Positions 16,823-24,000 of a DNA stretch of 24,000 nucleotides are shown in pieces. The first letter of the stretch is position 1; each line of letters starts with the position of its first letter. The notes beneath the pieces are model-generated. The model did no database searches and was not told the origin of the DNA. It saw only the letters and a program-made list of their open reading frames with translations. This DNA is from Lysobacteraceae bacterium (lineage in GTDB: Bacteria; Pseudomonadota; Gammaproteobacteria; Xanthomonadales; Ahniellaceae). A program made the position numbers and the translations under genes. The stretch spans positions 1 through 24,000 of the forward strand of contig PVBP01000013.1 of assembly GCA_002995625.1 (NCBI GenBank), in the 5' to 3' direction.

Positions 16823-16958
16823 CGCGGGCTCCAGGGCCGGGCGGCCCGAGCATAGGCCGCGGGCGCGCCATGGCGCGACATCGACCGCGTGGGAGGCGAT
16901 TGCGGGTCATGCAGGCGCCGGGGCGGGGCTAGGATTGGCCCCATCCGGAGGTGCCGCC

Positions 16959-18335
16959 ATGTCCGAAGCTCCCCCGCTCCACGTGATCGTCCTCGCCGCC
17001 GGCGAGGGCAAGCGCATGCGCTCGTCGCTGCCGAAGGTGCTGATGCCGGTCGCGGGCACGCCGATGCTGCGCCACGTGCTCGACGCCGCGCGCGCGCTCG
17101 GTGCGCACCGGATCCACGTCGTCCACGGCCACGGCGCCGACGAGGTGCGCGCCGCGATCGGGGATGCCGACCTCGACTGGGTCCTGCAGGCCGAGCGCCT
17201 CGGGACCGGCCACGCGGTGATGCAGGCGATGCCGCAAGTGCCGGACGGCGCGCAGGTGCTGGTGCTCTACGGCGACGTGCCGCTGATCACGCTCGAGACG
17301 CTGCGCCAGCTGCTGCCGGCCGACGGCGGCGCGCGCGTCGCGGTGCTCGCCGACACGGCGCCCGATCCGACCGGCTACGGCCGGATCCTGCGCGACGGCA
17401 ACGGCGACGTGCGCGCGATCGTCGAGGAGCGCGACGCGACGCCGGACGAGCGCCGCATCGACCTCGTCAACACCGGCGTCCTCACGGCCCCGGCCTCGGC
17501 GCTGCGGCGCTGGCTCGAGCGGCTGTCGCCCGACAACGCCCAGCGCGAATACCTGCTGACCGACGTCTTCGCGATGGCCGCCCGCGAGGGGCTCGCGGCG
17601 CGGGTCGTGCACTGCCTCGAGCCCGGCGAGGCCGACGGCGCCAACGACCCGTGGCAGCTCGCGCTGCTCGAGCGCCGCCTGCAGCGGCGGCGCGCGAAGG
17701 CGCTGTGCCTCGCCGGCGCACGGCTCGCCGATCCCGCGCGGATCGACGTGCGCGGCGAGGTCCACGTCGGCCGCGACGTCGAGATCGACGTCGACGTCGT
17801 GTTCGAGGGCCGGGTCGAGCTCGGCGACGGCGTCCGGATCGGGCCCTTCTGCCGGATCCGCGACGCGCGGCTGCTCGACGGCGCCGAGATCCGCGCGCAT
17901 TGCGACCTCGACGGCGCCGAGGTCGGACCCGATGCGGTGGTCGGGCCCTACGCGCGCCTGCGCCCAGGCACGCGGCTCGCGGCCGGCGCCCACGTCGGCA
18001 ACTTCGTCGAGACCAAGAACGCGACGCTCGGCGCCGGCAGCAAGGCCAACCACCTGACCTATCTCGGCGACGCGGTCGTCGGCGAGCGCGTCAACGTCGG
18101 CGCCGGCACGATCACCTGCAACTACGACGGCGCCCGCAAGGCGACGACGACGATCGGCGATGGCGCCTTCATCGGCAGCAACAGTTCGCTGGTCGCGCCG
18201 GTCACGATCGGCGCCGACGCCACGATCGGCGCGGGCTCGGTCATCACCAAGGACGCCCCCGAGGCCCAGCTCACCGTCGCGCGCGCGAGGCAGGTGACGG
18301 TCCCGGGCTGGAAGCGCCCGCGAAAGGACCGCTGA
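16959..18335 (+). CDS. glmU: Bifunctional UDP-N-acetylglucosamine pyrophosphorylase / glucosamine-1-phosphate N-acetyltransferase
   Basis: ATG 16959 has GGAG 8 nt upstream. [17 protein letters not shown] is present at the N terminus and left-handed beta-helix hexapeptide repeats at the C terminus. The product is 458 aa. The track ORF start at 16665 is upstream read-through. Confidence 0.95.
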   Translation: MSEAPPLHVIVLAAGEGKRMRSSLPKVLMPVAGTPMLRHVLDAARALGAHRIHVVHGHGADEVRAAIGDADLDWVLQAERLGTGHAVMQAMPQVPDGAQVLVLYGDVPLITLETLRQLLPADGGARVAVLADTAPDPTGYGRILRDGNGDVRAIVEERDATPDERRIDLVNTGVLTAPASALRRWLERLSPDNAQREYLLTDVFAMAAREGLAARVVHCLEPGEADGANDPWQLALLERRLQRRRAKALCLAGARLADPARIDVRGEVHVGRDVEIDVDVVFEGRVELGDGVRIGPFCRIRDARLLDGAEIRAHCDLDGAEVGPDAVVGPYARLRPGTRLAAGAHVGNFVETKNATLGAGSKANHLTYLGDAVVGERVNVGAGTITCNYDGARKATTTIGDGAFIGSNSSLVAPVTIGADATIGAGSVITKDAPEAQLTVARARQVTVPGWKRPRKDR

Positions 18336-18410
18336 TCGCCGCTTCCGAGCCGCGGCCCGGGAGGCCCGATCGCCTAGAATCAGGCGTCTTGCCACGCCAT
18401 CCGGACGTCC

Positions 18411-20243
18411 ATGTGCGGCATCGTCGCGGCGGTCGCCACCGCCAACGTCGTCCCGACCCTGATCGAGGGCCTCGAGGCGCTCGAGTACCGCGGCTATGAC
18501 TCCGCCGGCCTCGCGCTGCTGACCGGCCGCGGCCTCGCGCGCCGGCGCGCCCGGGGCAAGGTCCGTGACCTCGCGGCGCTGAATGCCGCCGACCCGATCG
18601 CCGGCACCACCGGCATCGCGCACACGCGCTGGGCCACGCACGGCGTGCCGAGCGAGCGCAACGCGCACCCGATCGCCTCGCGCGAGCGGCTCGCCGTGGT
18701 CCACAACGGGATCATCGAGAACCACGCCGCGCTGCGCGAGGAGCTCGGACGGCACGGCTACGAGTTCGCGTCCGAGACCGACACCGAGGTGATCGCGCAT
18801 CTGGTCGACCACCACATGAGCCTCGGCGCCGACCTGCTCGAGGCCGTGCGCCGCGCGATCCACCGGCTCGAGGGCGCCTACGCGATCGCCGTCGTCTCGG
18901 TCGCCGAGCCGGACCGGATCGTCGGCGCGCGGCTCGGCTCGCCGCTCCTGGTCGGCCTCGGCGAGGACGGCACCTTCCTCGCGTCGGACGCCCAGGCGCT
19001 GATCCGGCGCACGCGGCGCTTCGTGCATCTCGACGAAGGGGATCTGGTCGAGATCCGGCGCGACGGCGTGCGCGTCTACGACCGCGACGGCCATCCCGTC
19101 GAGCGCGCGGTCAAGGTCTCGACATTGTCGGCCGACGCGGTCCAGCGCGGCGAGTACCGCCACTACATGCGCAAGGAGATCCACGAGCAGCCGGTCGCGA
19201 TCGCGGACACGCTCGAGGGTCGCATGGCCGGCGGTCGCCTGCTGCCCGGCATCTTCGGGCCCGGCGCCGAGGCCGCGCTCGCGGCCGCGCGCGGCGTGCA
19301 CCTCGTCGCCTGCGGCTCGAGCCACCACGCCGCCATGGTCGCGAAGTACTGGATCGAGCAGCTCGCGCGGATCCCGGTCTCGGTCGAGATCGCGAGCGAG
19401 TTCCGCTACCGCGAGCCGGTGGTGCCGGCCGACACGCTGTTCGTCAGCATCTCGCAGTCCGGCGAGACCGCCGACACGCTCGCGGCGCTCCGGATGGCGA
19501 AGGGCGCGGGCTACCGCGCGCGGCTCGCGATCTGCAACGTGCCCGAGTCCTCGCTGGTCCGCGAATCGGAACTGGTGCTGATGACCCGCGCCGGCCCCGA
19601 GATCGGGGTCGCCTCGACCAAGGCCTTCGTGACCCAGCTCGCGGCGCTCCTGATGCTCGCGCTCGAACTCGGTCGCCAGCATGGCGCCGATCCCGCGCGG
19701 CTCGCCGACGGCGTGCACCAGCTCGAGACGCTGCCCGGTCTCGTCGCCGAGGCGCTGCGCCTCGATGCCGACCTCGAACGGCTCGCCGCGCGCTTCGCCG
19801 ACAAGCAGCACGCGCTGTTCCTCGGCCGCGGCACGCAGTTCCCGATCGCGATGGAAGGCGCGCTGAAGCTCAAGGAGATCAGCTACATCCATGCCGAGGC
19901 CTATCCGGCCGGCGAGCTCAAGCACGGGCCGCTCGCGCTGGTCGACCGCGAGATGCCGGTGATCGCGGTGGCGCCGAACGACCGCCTGCTCGAGAAGCTC
20001 AAGTCGAACCTCGAGGAGGTGCGCGCGCGCGGCGGCCAGATGATCGTGTTCGCCGACGCCGCGGTCGGGCGCCACGTCGCGCGCGGCGACGACACGCTGG
20101 TCGAGCTGCCGGAAACCGGCGACCTGGTTGCGCCGATCGTGCACACCGTGCCGCTGCAGCTGCTGGCGTACCACGTCGCGGTGCTGAAGGGCACCGACGT
20201 CGACCAGCCGCGCAACCTCGCCAAGAGCGTCACCGTCGAGTGA
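18411..20243 (+). CDS. glmS: Glutamine--fructose-6-phosphate aminotransferase
   Basis: MCGIV gives the N-terminal nucleophile Cys. Two SIS domains are present and the C terminus is ...PRNLAKSVTVE. The product is 610 aa. Confidence 0.98.
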   Translation: MCGIVAAVATANVVPTLIEGLEALEYRGYDSAGLALLTGRGLARRRARGKVRDLAALNAADPIAGTTGIAHTRWATHGVPSERNAHPIASRERLAVVHNGIIENHAALREELGRHGYEFASETDTEVIAHLVDHHMSLGADLLEAVRRAIHRLEGAYAIAVVSVAEPDRIVGARLGSPLLVGLGEDGTFLASDAQALIRRTRRFVHLDEGDLVEIRRDGVRVYDRDGHPVERAVKVSTLSADAVQRGEYRHYMRKEIHEQPVAIADTLEGRMAGGRLLPGIFGPGAEAALAAARGVHLVACGSSHHAAMVAKYWIEQLARIPVSVEIASEFRYREPVVPADTLFVSISQSGETADTLAALRMAKGAGYRARLAICNVPESSLVRESELVLMTRAGPEIGVASTKAFVTQLAALLMLALELGRQHGADPARLADGVHQLETLPGLVAEALRLDADLERLAARFADKQHALFLGRGTQFPIAMEGALKLKEISYIHAEAYPAGELKHGPLALVDREMPVIAVAPNDRLLEKLKSNLEEVRARGGQMIVFADAAVGRHVARGDDTLVELPETGDLVAPIVHTVPLQLLAYHVAVLKGTDVDQPRNLAKSVTVE

Positions 20244-20298
20244 CGCGACCCTCGCCGCCCCGCCGGGCACCGGCGACGCCCGCGCGGGCCGGACGCTC

Positions 20299-22443
20299 GT
20301 GCCGAGCCTGACCCGCCTGCTGGTGCTGGCCGCGATCCTCGCGGCGATCGCGCTGTTCTTCGCGCTCGATCTCGATCGCCACCTGAGCTTCGAGGCCCTG
20401 GTCGCCGGCCGCGATCGGATCGCGGCCCGGGTCGACGAGCAGCCGCTGACGGCGGTCGTGATCTATGCGGCGGTCTACGTGACCGTCACGGCGCTCTCGC
20501 TGCCGGGCGCGGCGATCCTGACGCTCGCCGGCGGCGCGCTGTTCGGTCTCGCGACCGGCGTGATCGTGGTCTCGTTCGCGAGCACCGCCGGCGCGACGCT
20601 CGCCTTCCTCGCGTCGCGATTCCTGTTCCGCGATGCGGTCCGGCGACGCTTCGGCGCGCGACTGGCGCCGATCGAGGACGGCATCCGCCGCGACGGCGCC
20701 TTCTACCTGCTCGCGTTGCGCCTGGTGCCGGCGTTCCCGTTCTTCCTCGTCAACCTTCTGATGGGCCTGACGCCGATCCGCACCGCGACCTACTGGTGGG
20801 TCAGCCAGCTCGGGATGCTGCCGGCGACGATCGCCTTCGTCTGGGCCGGGACCGAGCTGTCGCGCCTGTCGAGTCCGGCCGACGTGCTGTCGCCGGGGCT
20901 GATCGGGGCGCTGCTCGTGCTCGGCCTGCTGCCGCTCGTGCTGCGCGCGGTGCTGCGGGCCGCGGAGCGCCGCCGCGCATGGCGTGGCCATCGCCGGCCG
21001 CGACGCTTCGACTACGACCTCGCGGTGATCGGCGCCGGGGCCGCCGGACTGGTCAGCGCCTACATCGGGGCGACCGCGCGCGCGAGGGTCGCGCTGATCG
21101 AGCGCGAACGCATGGGCGGCGACTGCCTCAACACCGGCTGCGTGCCCTCCAAGGCGCTGATCCGCGCGGCCCGGCTGGTGCACGAGGCGCGCCACGCCGA
21201 TCGTCTCGGGCTCGAACCGATGGCGCCGACGGTCGACTTCGGCCGCGTCATGCAGCGCGTTCGCGAGGCGATCGCGGCGATCGAGCCGCACGACTCGGTC
21301 GAGCGCTACCGCGGCCTCGGCGTCGACTGCATCGCCGGCAACGCCCGTCTCGTGTCGCCATGGGAGGTCGAGGTGGACCGGCGACGAATCAGCGCCCGCT
21401 CGATCATCGTCGCGACCGGCGCCCGCCCGGCGATGCCCGAGCTGCCTGGCCTCGCCGAGGTGGCGCCGCTGACCTCGGAATCGCTGTGGGATCTCGGGCA
21501 GTTGCCCGGGCGCCTGGTCGTGCTCGGCGGCGGGCCGATCGGCTGCGAGCTGGCGCAGGCCTTCGCGCGCCTCGGCAGTCGCGTGACCGTGGTCGAGCTC
21601 GGACCGCGCCTGCTGCCGCGCGAGGATCCGGAGGTGTCCGACGCGCTGGCCGCGGTGTTCGCGCGCGAGGACATCGACGTGCGCCAGACGCATCGCGCCG
21701 TGCGCGTGGAGCGAGGCGGGGCCGACGGCGCCGGCACGCTGGTCGCGACGGGACCCGATGGCGAGGTCCGTCTCGACTTCGACCGGCTGCTGGTCGCGGT
21801 TGGCCGCAGGGCGCGGGTCGAGGGATTCGGGCTCGAAGCGCTCGGCGTGCGGCTGACGCCGCGCGGAACGGTCGAGGCCGACGCGCTGATGCGGACCCGC
21901 GTGCCGAACATCGCGGTCTGCGGCGATGTCGCCGGGCCGTTCCAGTTCACCCACGTCGCCGCGCACCAGGCCTGGTACGCGGTCGTGAACCAGCTGATCG
22001 CGCCGTTCTGGTCGTTCCGCGTCGACCATTCGGTGATTCCGTGGGTCAGCTTCACCGATCCCGCGGTGGCCCGGGTCGGCCTCTCGGAGACCGAGGCCCG
22101 CGAGCGCGGGATCGCGGTCGAGGTCACGCGCTACGGCCTCGACGACCTCGACCGCGCGATCGTCGACGGCAGCGCCGAGGGATTCGTGAAGGTGCTGACC
22201 GAGCCCGGCCGGGACCGCGTGCTCGGGGTCACGATCGTCCACGCGGAGGCCGGCGAGCTGGTCGCGCCGTGGGTGATGGCGATGCGGCACGGCATCGGCC
22301 TGAACCGGATGCTCGGCACGATCCACGCCTATCCGACCCTGATGGAAGCGAACAAGTACGTCGCCGGCGCGTGGAAGCGCGCGCATGCGCCCGAGCGCGT
22401 GCTCGCGCTGGCCGCGCGCTACTTCCGCTGGCGCCGGGGTTGA
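20299..22443 (+). CDS. Fusion protein: TVP38/TMEM64 (DedA/SNARE-associated) membrane domain plus MerA-like FAD-dependent pyridine nucleotide-disulfide oxidoreductase
   Basis: The ORF is 714 aa with a GTG start (start uncertain). The N-terminal ~230 aa are polytopic (LRLVPAFPFFLVNLLMG). The remainder has DLAVIGAGAAG (FAD), a GGDCLNTGCVPSK redox disulfide, VVLGGGPIGCELAQAFARLGSRVTVVE (NAD(P)H) and a C-terminal HAYPTLMEA. Confidence 0.85.
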   Translation: MPSLTRLLVLAAILAAIALFFALDLDRHLSFEALVAGRDRIAARVDEQPLTAVVIYAAVYVTVTALSLPGAAILTLAGGALFGLATGVIVVSFASTAGATLAFLASRFLFRDAVRRRFGARLAPIEDGIRRDGAFYLLALRLVPAFPFFLVNLLMGLTPIRTATYWWVSQLGMLPATIAFVWAGTELSRLSSPADVLSPGLIGALLVLGLLPLVLRAVLRAAERRRAWRGHRRPRRFDYDLAVIGAGAAGLVSAYIGATARARVALIERERMGGDCLNTGCVPSKALIRAARLVHEARHADRLGLEPMAPTVDFGRVMQRVREAIAAIEPHDSVERYRGLGVDCIAGNARLVSPWEVEVDRRRISARSIIVATGARPAMPELPGLAEVAPLTSESLWDLGQLPGRLVVLGGGPIGCELAQAFARLGSRVTVVELGPRLLPREDPEVSDALAAVFAREDIDVRQTHRAVRVERGGADGAGTLVATGPDGEVRLDFDRLLVAVGRRARVEGFGLEALGVRLTPRGTVEADALMRTRVPNIAVCGDVAGPFQFTHVAAHQAWYAVVNQLIAPFWSFRVDHSVIPWVSFTDPAVARVGLSETEARERGIAVEVTRYGLDDLDRAIVDGSAEGFVKVLTEPGRDRVLGVTIVHAEAGELVAPWVMAMRHGIGLNRMLGTIHAYPTLMEANKYVAGAWKRAHAPERVLALAARYFRWRRG

Positions 22444-22469
22444 GCCGGCGTCCGATCCGGGCGGACCGC

Positions 22470-22498
22470 TTGCGCGCTCGCGAAAAGCGCGGCATAAA
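22470..22498 (+). promoter_or_regulatory. Candidate promoter whose predicted start site would fall on or next to the ATG at 22505
   Basis: TTGCGC (22470-22475), a 17-nt spacer, then CATAAA (22493-22498). The spacer contains the inverted repeat CGCGCT-cgcgaaa-AGCGCG (22473-22491). This is a motif match only. Confidence 0.25.
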
Positions 22499-22504
22499 CG
22501 GGCC

Positions 22505-23065
22505 ATGGCCGACATCCTGACCGGGCCGACTCCGACCGAACTCTGGCGCGAACTGGTGCGCGAGGGCGAGGAGCGGTCCGGCGCGACGCTCGACGAGGAG
22601 GCCGAGAGCTACCTCGTGTTCACGCTGATGCGGCACGACCGCGACGCGCCGCTCGCGCACCGGATCATGGCGATCGAGCTGCTGTCGGCGCTGGAGCGCG
22701 GCGGCAGGCTGCGCGAGCAGGACCTGCGCGACGTCGGTGACCGCTGCCTGCTGATCGCAGGGCTCTACCCCGAGCTCGCCGAGCGGCGCCGGGTGTCGCA
22801 GCGCTACTTCGTCGAGCTCGGCCAGCACGCGTACGACGAGCTCGCGCACGCCACCCGCGCCGCGATCGCGGAGCTCTATGCGCGGCTGGTGCGGCTGTTC
22901 GCGCGGCTGGTGCGCGTGCTGGTCGAGGTGCGCCAGCTGGCGCAGGCGACCCCGGTGCTCGATCCGCTGACGCGGCACGAACTCGCGCTCGCGGCCGGCG
23001 ACGACGTCGCGCTCCGGGACTTCCCGGGCGCGATCGTGCTGACCGGGTCGACGCGCGCGAACTGA
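22505..23065 (+). CDS. Hypothetical protein, predicted all-helical, 186 aa
   Basis: I chose ATG 22505, because the track start at 22385 would overlap the preceding gene. The codon third positions are strongly G/C, like neighbouring genes. I do not recognise the family. No SD is evident. Confidence 0.55.
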   Translation: MADILTGPTPTELWRELVREGEERSGATLDEEAESYLVFTLMRHDRDAPLAHRIMAIELLSALERGGRLREQDLRDVGDRCLLIAGLYPELAERRRVSQRYFVELGQHAYDELAHATRAAIAELYARLVRLFARLVRVLVEVRQLAQATPVLDPLTRHELALAAGDDVALRDFPGAIVLTGSTRAN

Positions 23066-23166
23066 TCGCTGCATCGCCTCGCGGTGCGCCCGGCGCGACT
23101 CGCCGGCTCGCGTCGCGCGGCACGGATGCCTATCCTTGCCGACCCCTCGTCCGCCGGAGCCGGCCC

Positions 23167-23751
23167 ATGCGCATCTCGGTCTATGCCGCCTCGAGCGCCC
23201 AGGTGCGGCCCGCCTTCGCCGAGGCCGCGCGCGATCTCGGCCGGATCCTGGCCGGCGCCGGGCACACGATCGTCTATGGCGGTGGTGGCGTCGGGCTGAT
23301 GGGCGCGGTCGCGGACGGCGCGCTCGAGGCCGGCGGCGAGGTCATCGGCATCATCCCGCGCTTCATGACCGAGGTCGAATGGCAGCATCCCGGCATCGCG
23401 CGGCTCGACGTGGTCGAGGACATGCGCGAGCGCAAGCACCGGCTGCTGACCGGCTCGGACGCGGTCGTGGCGCTGCCCGGCGGCTGCGGCACGCTCGAGG
23501 AGCTGGTCGAGGCAATCACGCTGAAGCGCCTGGGCCTCTACTTCAAGCCGATCGTGCTGGTAAACCTCGACGGCTTCTGGGACCTGTTCCAGCGCTTCAT
23601 GCTGCACACGATCGAGGAGCGCATGATGAGCCCCGCGCACGCCGCGATGTGGTCGCTGGTCGATCGGGTCGAAGACGTGCTGCCGAGGATCGACGCGACG
23701 CCGGAATGGCCCGACGACGCGCGTCGCTTCGCCGCGGTCCGAGCCGGTTGA
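23167..23751 (+). CDS. LOG family protein (TIGR00730; cytokinin riboside 5'-monophosphate phosphoribohydrolase-like)
   Basis: The ORF is 194 aa with GGAG 7-8 nt upstream. Both hallmark motifs are present: GGGGVGLMG and PGGCGTLEE. Confidence 0.85.
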   Translation: MRISVYAASSAQVRPAFAEAARDLGRILAGAGHTIVYGGGGVGLMGAVADGALEAGGEVIGIIPRFMTEVEWQHPGIARLDVVEDMRERKHRLLTGSDAVVALPGGCGTLEELVEAITLKRLGLYFKPIVLVNLDGFWDLFQRFMLHTIEERMMSPAHAAMWSLVDRVEDVLPRIDATPEWPDDARRFAAVRAG

Positions 23752-23776
23752 TCGCGGCGCTCCGAGCGGTTCGGCG

Positions 23777-24000
23777 TCAGCGCACGGCGCGGGGCGTCGG
23801 CACGGGATCGATGACCCGGTACCGGCCCGGCGCCAGGCCGTCCAGCCGATGCGGGCCGATCGCCGTCCGGATGAGCCGCAGGGTCGGCAGACCCACGGCA
23901 GCCGTCATCCGGCGCACCTGGCGGTTGCGGCCCTCGCGGATCGCGAGTTCCAGCCAGGCGTCCGGCACGGTCCTGCGGTGGCGCACCGGCGGATCGCGCG
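23777..24000 (-). CDS. rluE: 23S rRNA pseudouridine synthase E-like (RsuA/RluE family), 3' portion only
   Basis: The frame stays open to the window edge (...RDPPVRHRRTVPDAWLELAIREGRNRQVRRMTAAVGLPTLRLIRTAIG). REGRNRQVRRM..AVG.PTLRLIR is the C-terminal signature I associate with RluE. The stop is plus-strand tca at 23777-23779. Confidence 0.7.
   Translation of the reverse strand, partial: RDPPVRHRRTVPDAWLELAIREGRNRQVRRMTAAVGLPTLRLIRTAIGPHRLDGLAPGRYRVIDPVPTPRAVR

Noticed and set aside
16823-16958. A TPP riboswitch upstream of the thiamine-associated yjbQ-family gene
   Set aside because: Neither strand of the 136-bp region contains the conserved CUGAGA / ACCUGAUCUGGAUAAUGCCAGCG-type thi-box elements.
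18375-18380. A TAGAAT hexamer 31 nt upstream of glmS as a glmS-specific promoter, and the possibility of a glmS ribozyme or other leader RNA in the 75-bp glmU-glmS gap
   Set aside because: I found no acceptable -35 element or extended -10 at the correct spacing. The gap is far too short for a glmS ribozyme, which in any case is characteristic of Gram-positive bacteria. What remains is an isolated -10-like hexamer only.
20261-20292. A CGCCGG-gca-CCGGCG hairpin (20261-20275) and the GCCCGCGCGGGC palindrome (20278-20289) after glmS, as a terminator
   Set aside because: The stems are short, no U-tract follows, and the next gene starts about 10-25 nt downstream on the same strand. These cannot be distinguished from chance GC palindromes.
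23167-23751. The LOG-domain protein as an effector of a nucleotide-based conflict or defence system
   Set aside because: It is a stand-alone canonical LOG with both housekeeping motifs. It has no fused sensor or effector domains, no adjacent cyclase, TIR, nuclease or transmembrane effector genes, and it is flanked by rluE and core metabolism.

Overview
The window is very GC-rich (about 70% by eye, not computed) and looks like a gammaproteobacterial chromosome. I found no rRNA, tRNA, CRISPR array or mobile element. The centre (8.9-20.2 kb, + strand) is the complete F1Fo ATP synthase operon atpIBEFHAGDC followed by glmU-glmS, which is the classic gammaproteobacterial arrangement. One difference is a yjbQ-family gene on the opposite strand between atpC and glmU.

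The left third (0.5-8.7 kb) is more accessory-like. Reading left to right it holds:
- the 3' end of an ELM1/DUF1022 gene;
- a minus-strand run of three genes, transcribed in the order secreted ~1012-aa Asp-box (BNR) beta-propeller protein, polytopic membrane protein with a degenerate GGDEF plus intact EAL domain, then AbgT-family transporter;
- a divergently transcribed FHA-GGDEF diguanylate cyclase;
- a small MAPEG protein.

The right end holds a TVP38/DedA membrane domain fused to a MerA-like flavoprotein disulfide reductase, a helical hypothetical protein, a LOG-family hydrolase and the 3' end of rluE.

I do not see a convincing, self-contained undescribed system such as a defence island, toxin module or biosynthetic cluster. 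Most of the window is housekeeping. The items most worth a second look are:
- the c-di-GMP neighbourhood, where an FHA-gated cyclase faces a propeller/phosphodiesterase/transporter run;
- the uncharacterised TVP38-reductase fusion;
- the unusually long, structured spacers inside the atp operon, which carry a recurring GGCGGGC-arm hairpin and short tandem repeats.

The many very long ORFs in the track (up to 2019 aa) are off-frame or antisense read-through typical of high-GC DNA, and I rejected them.
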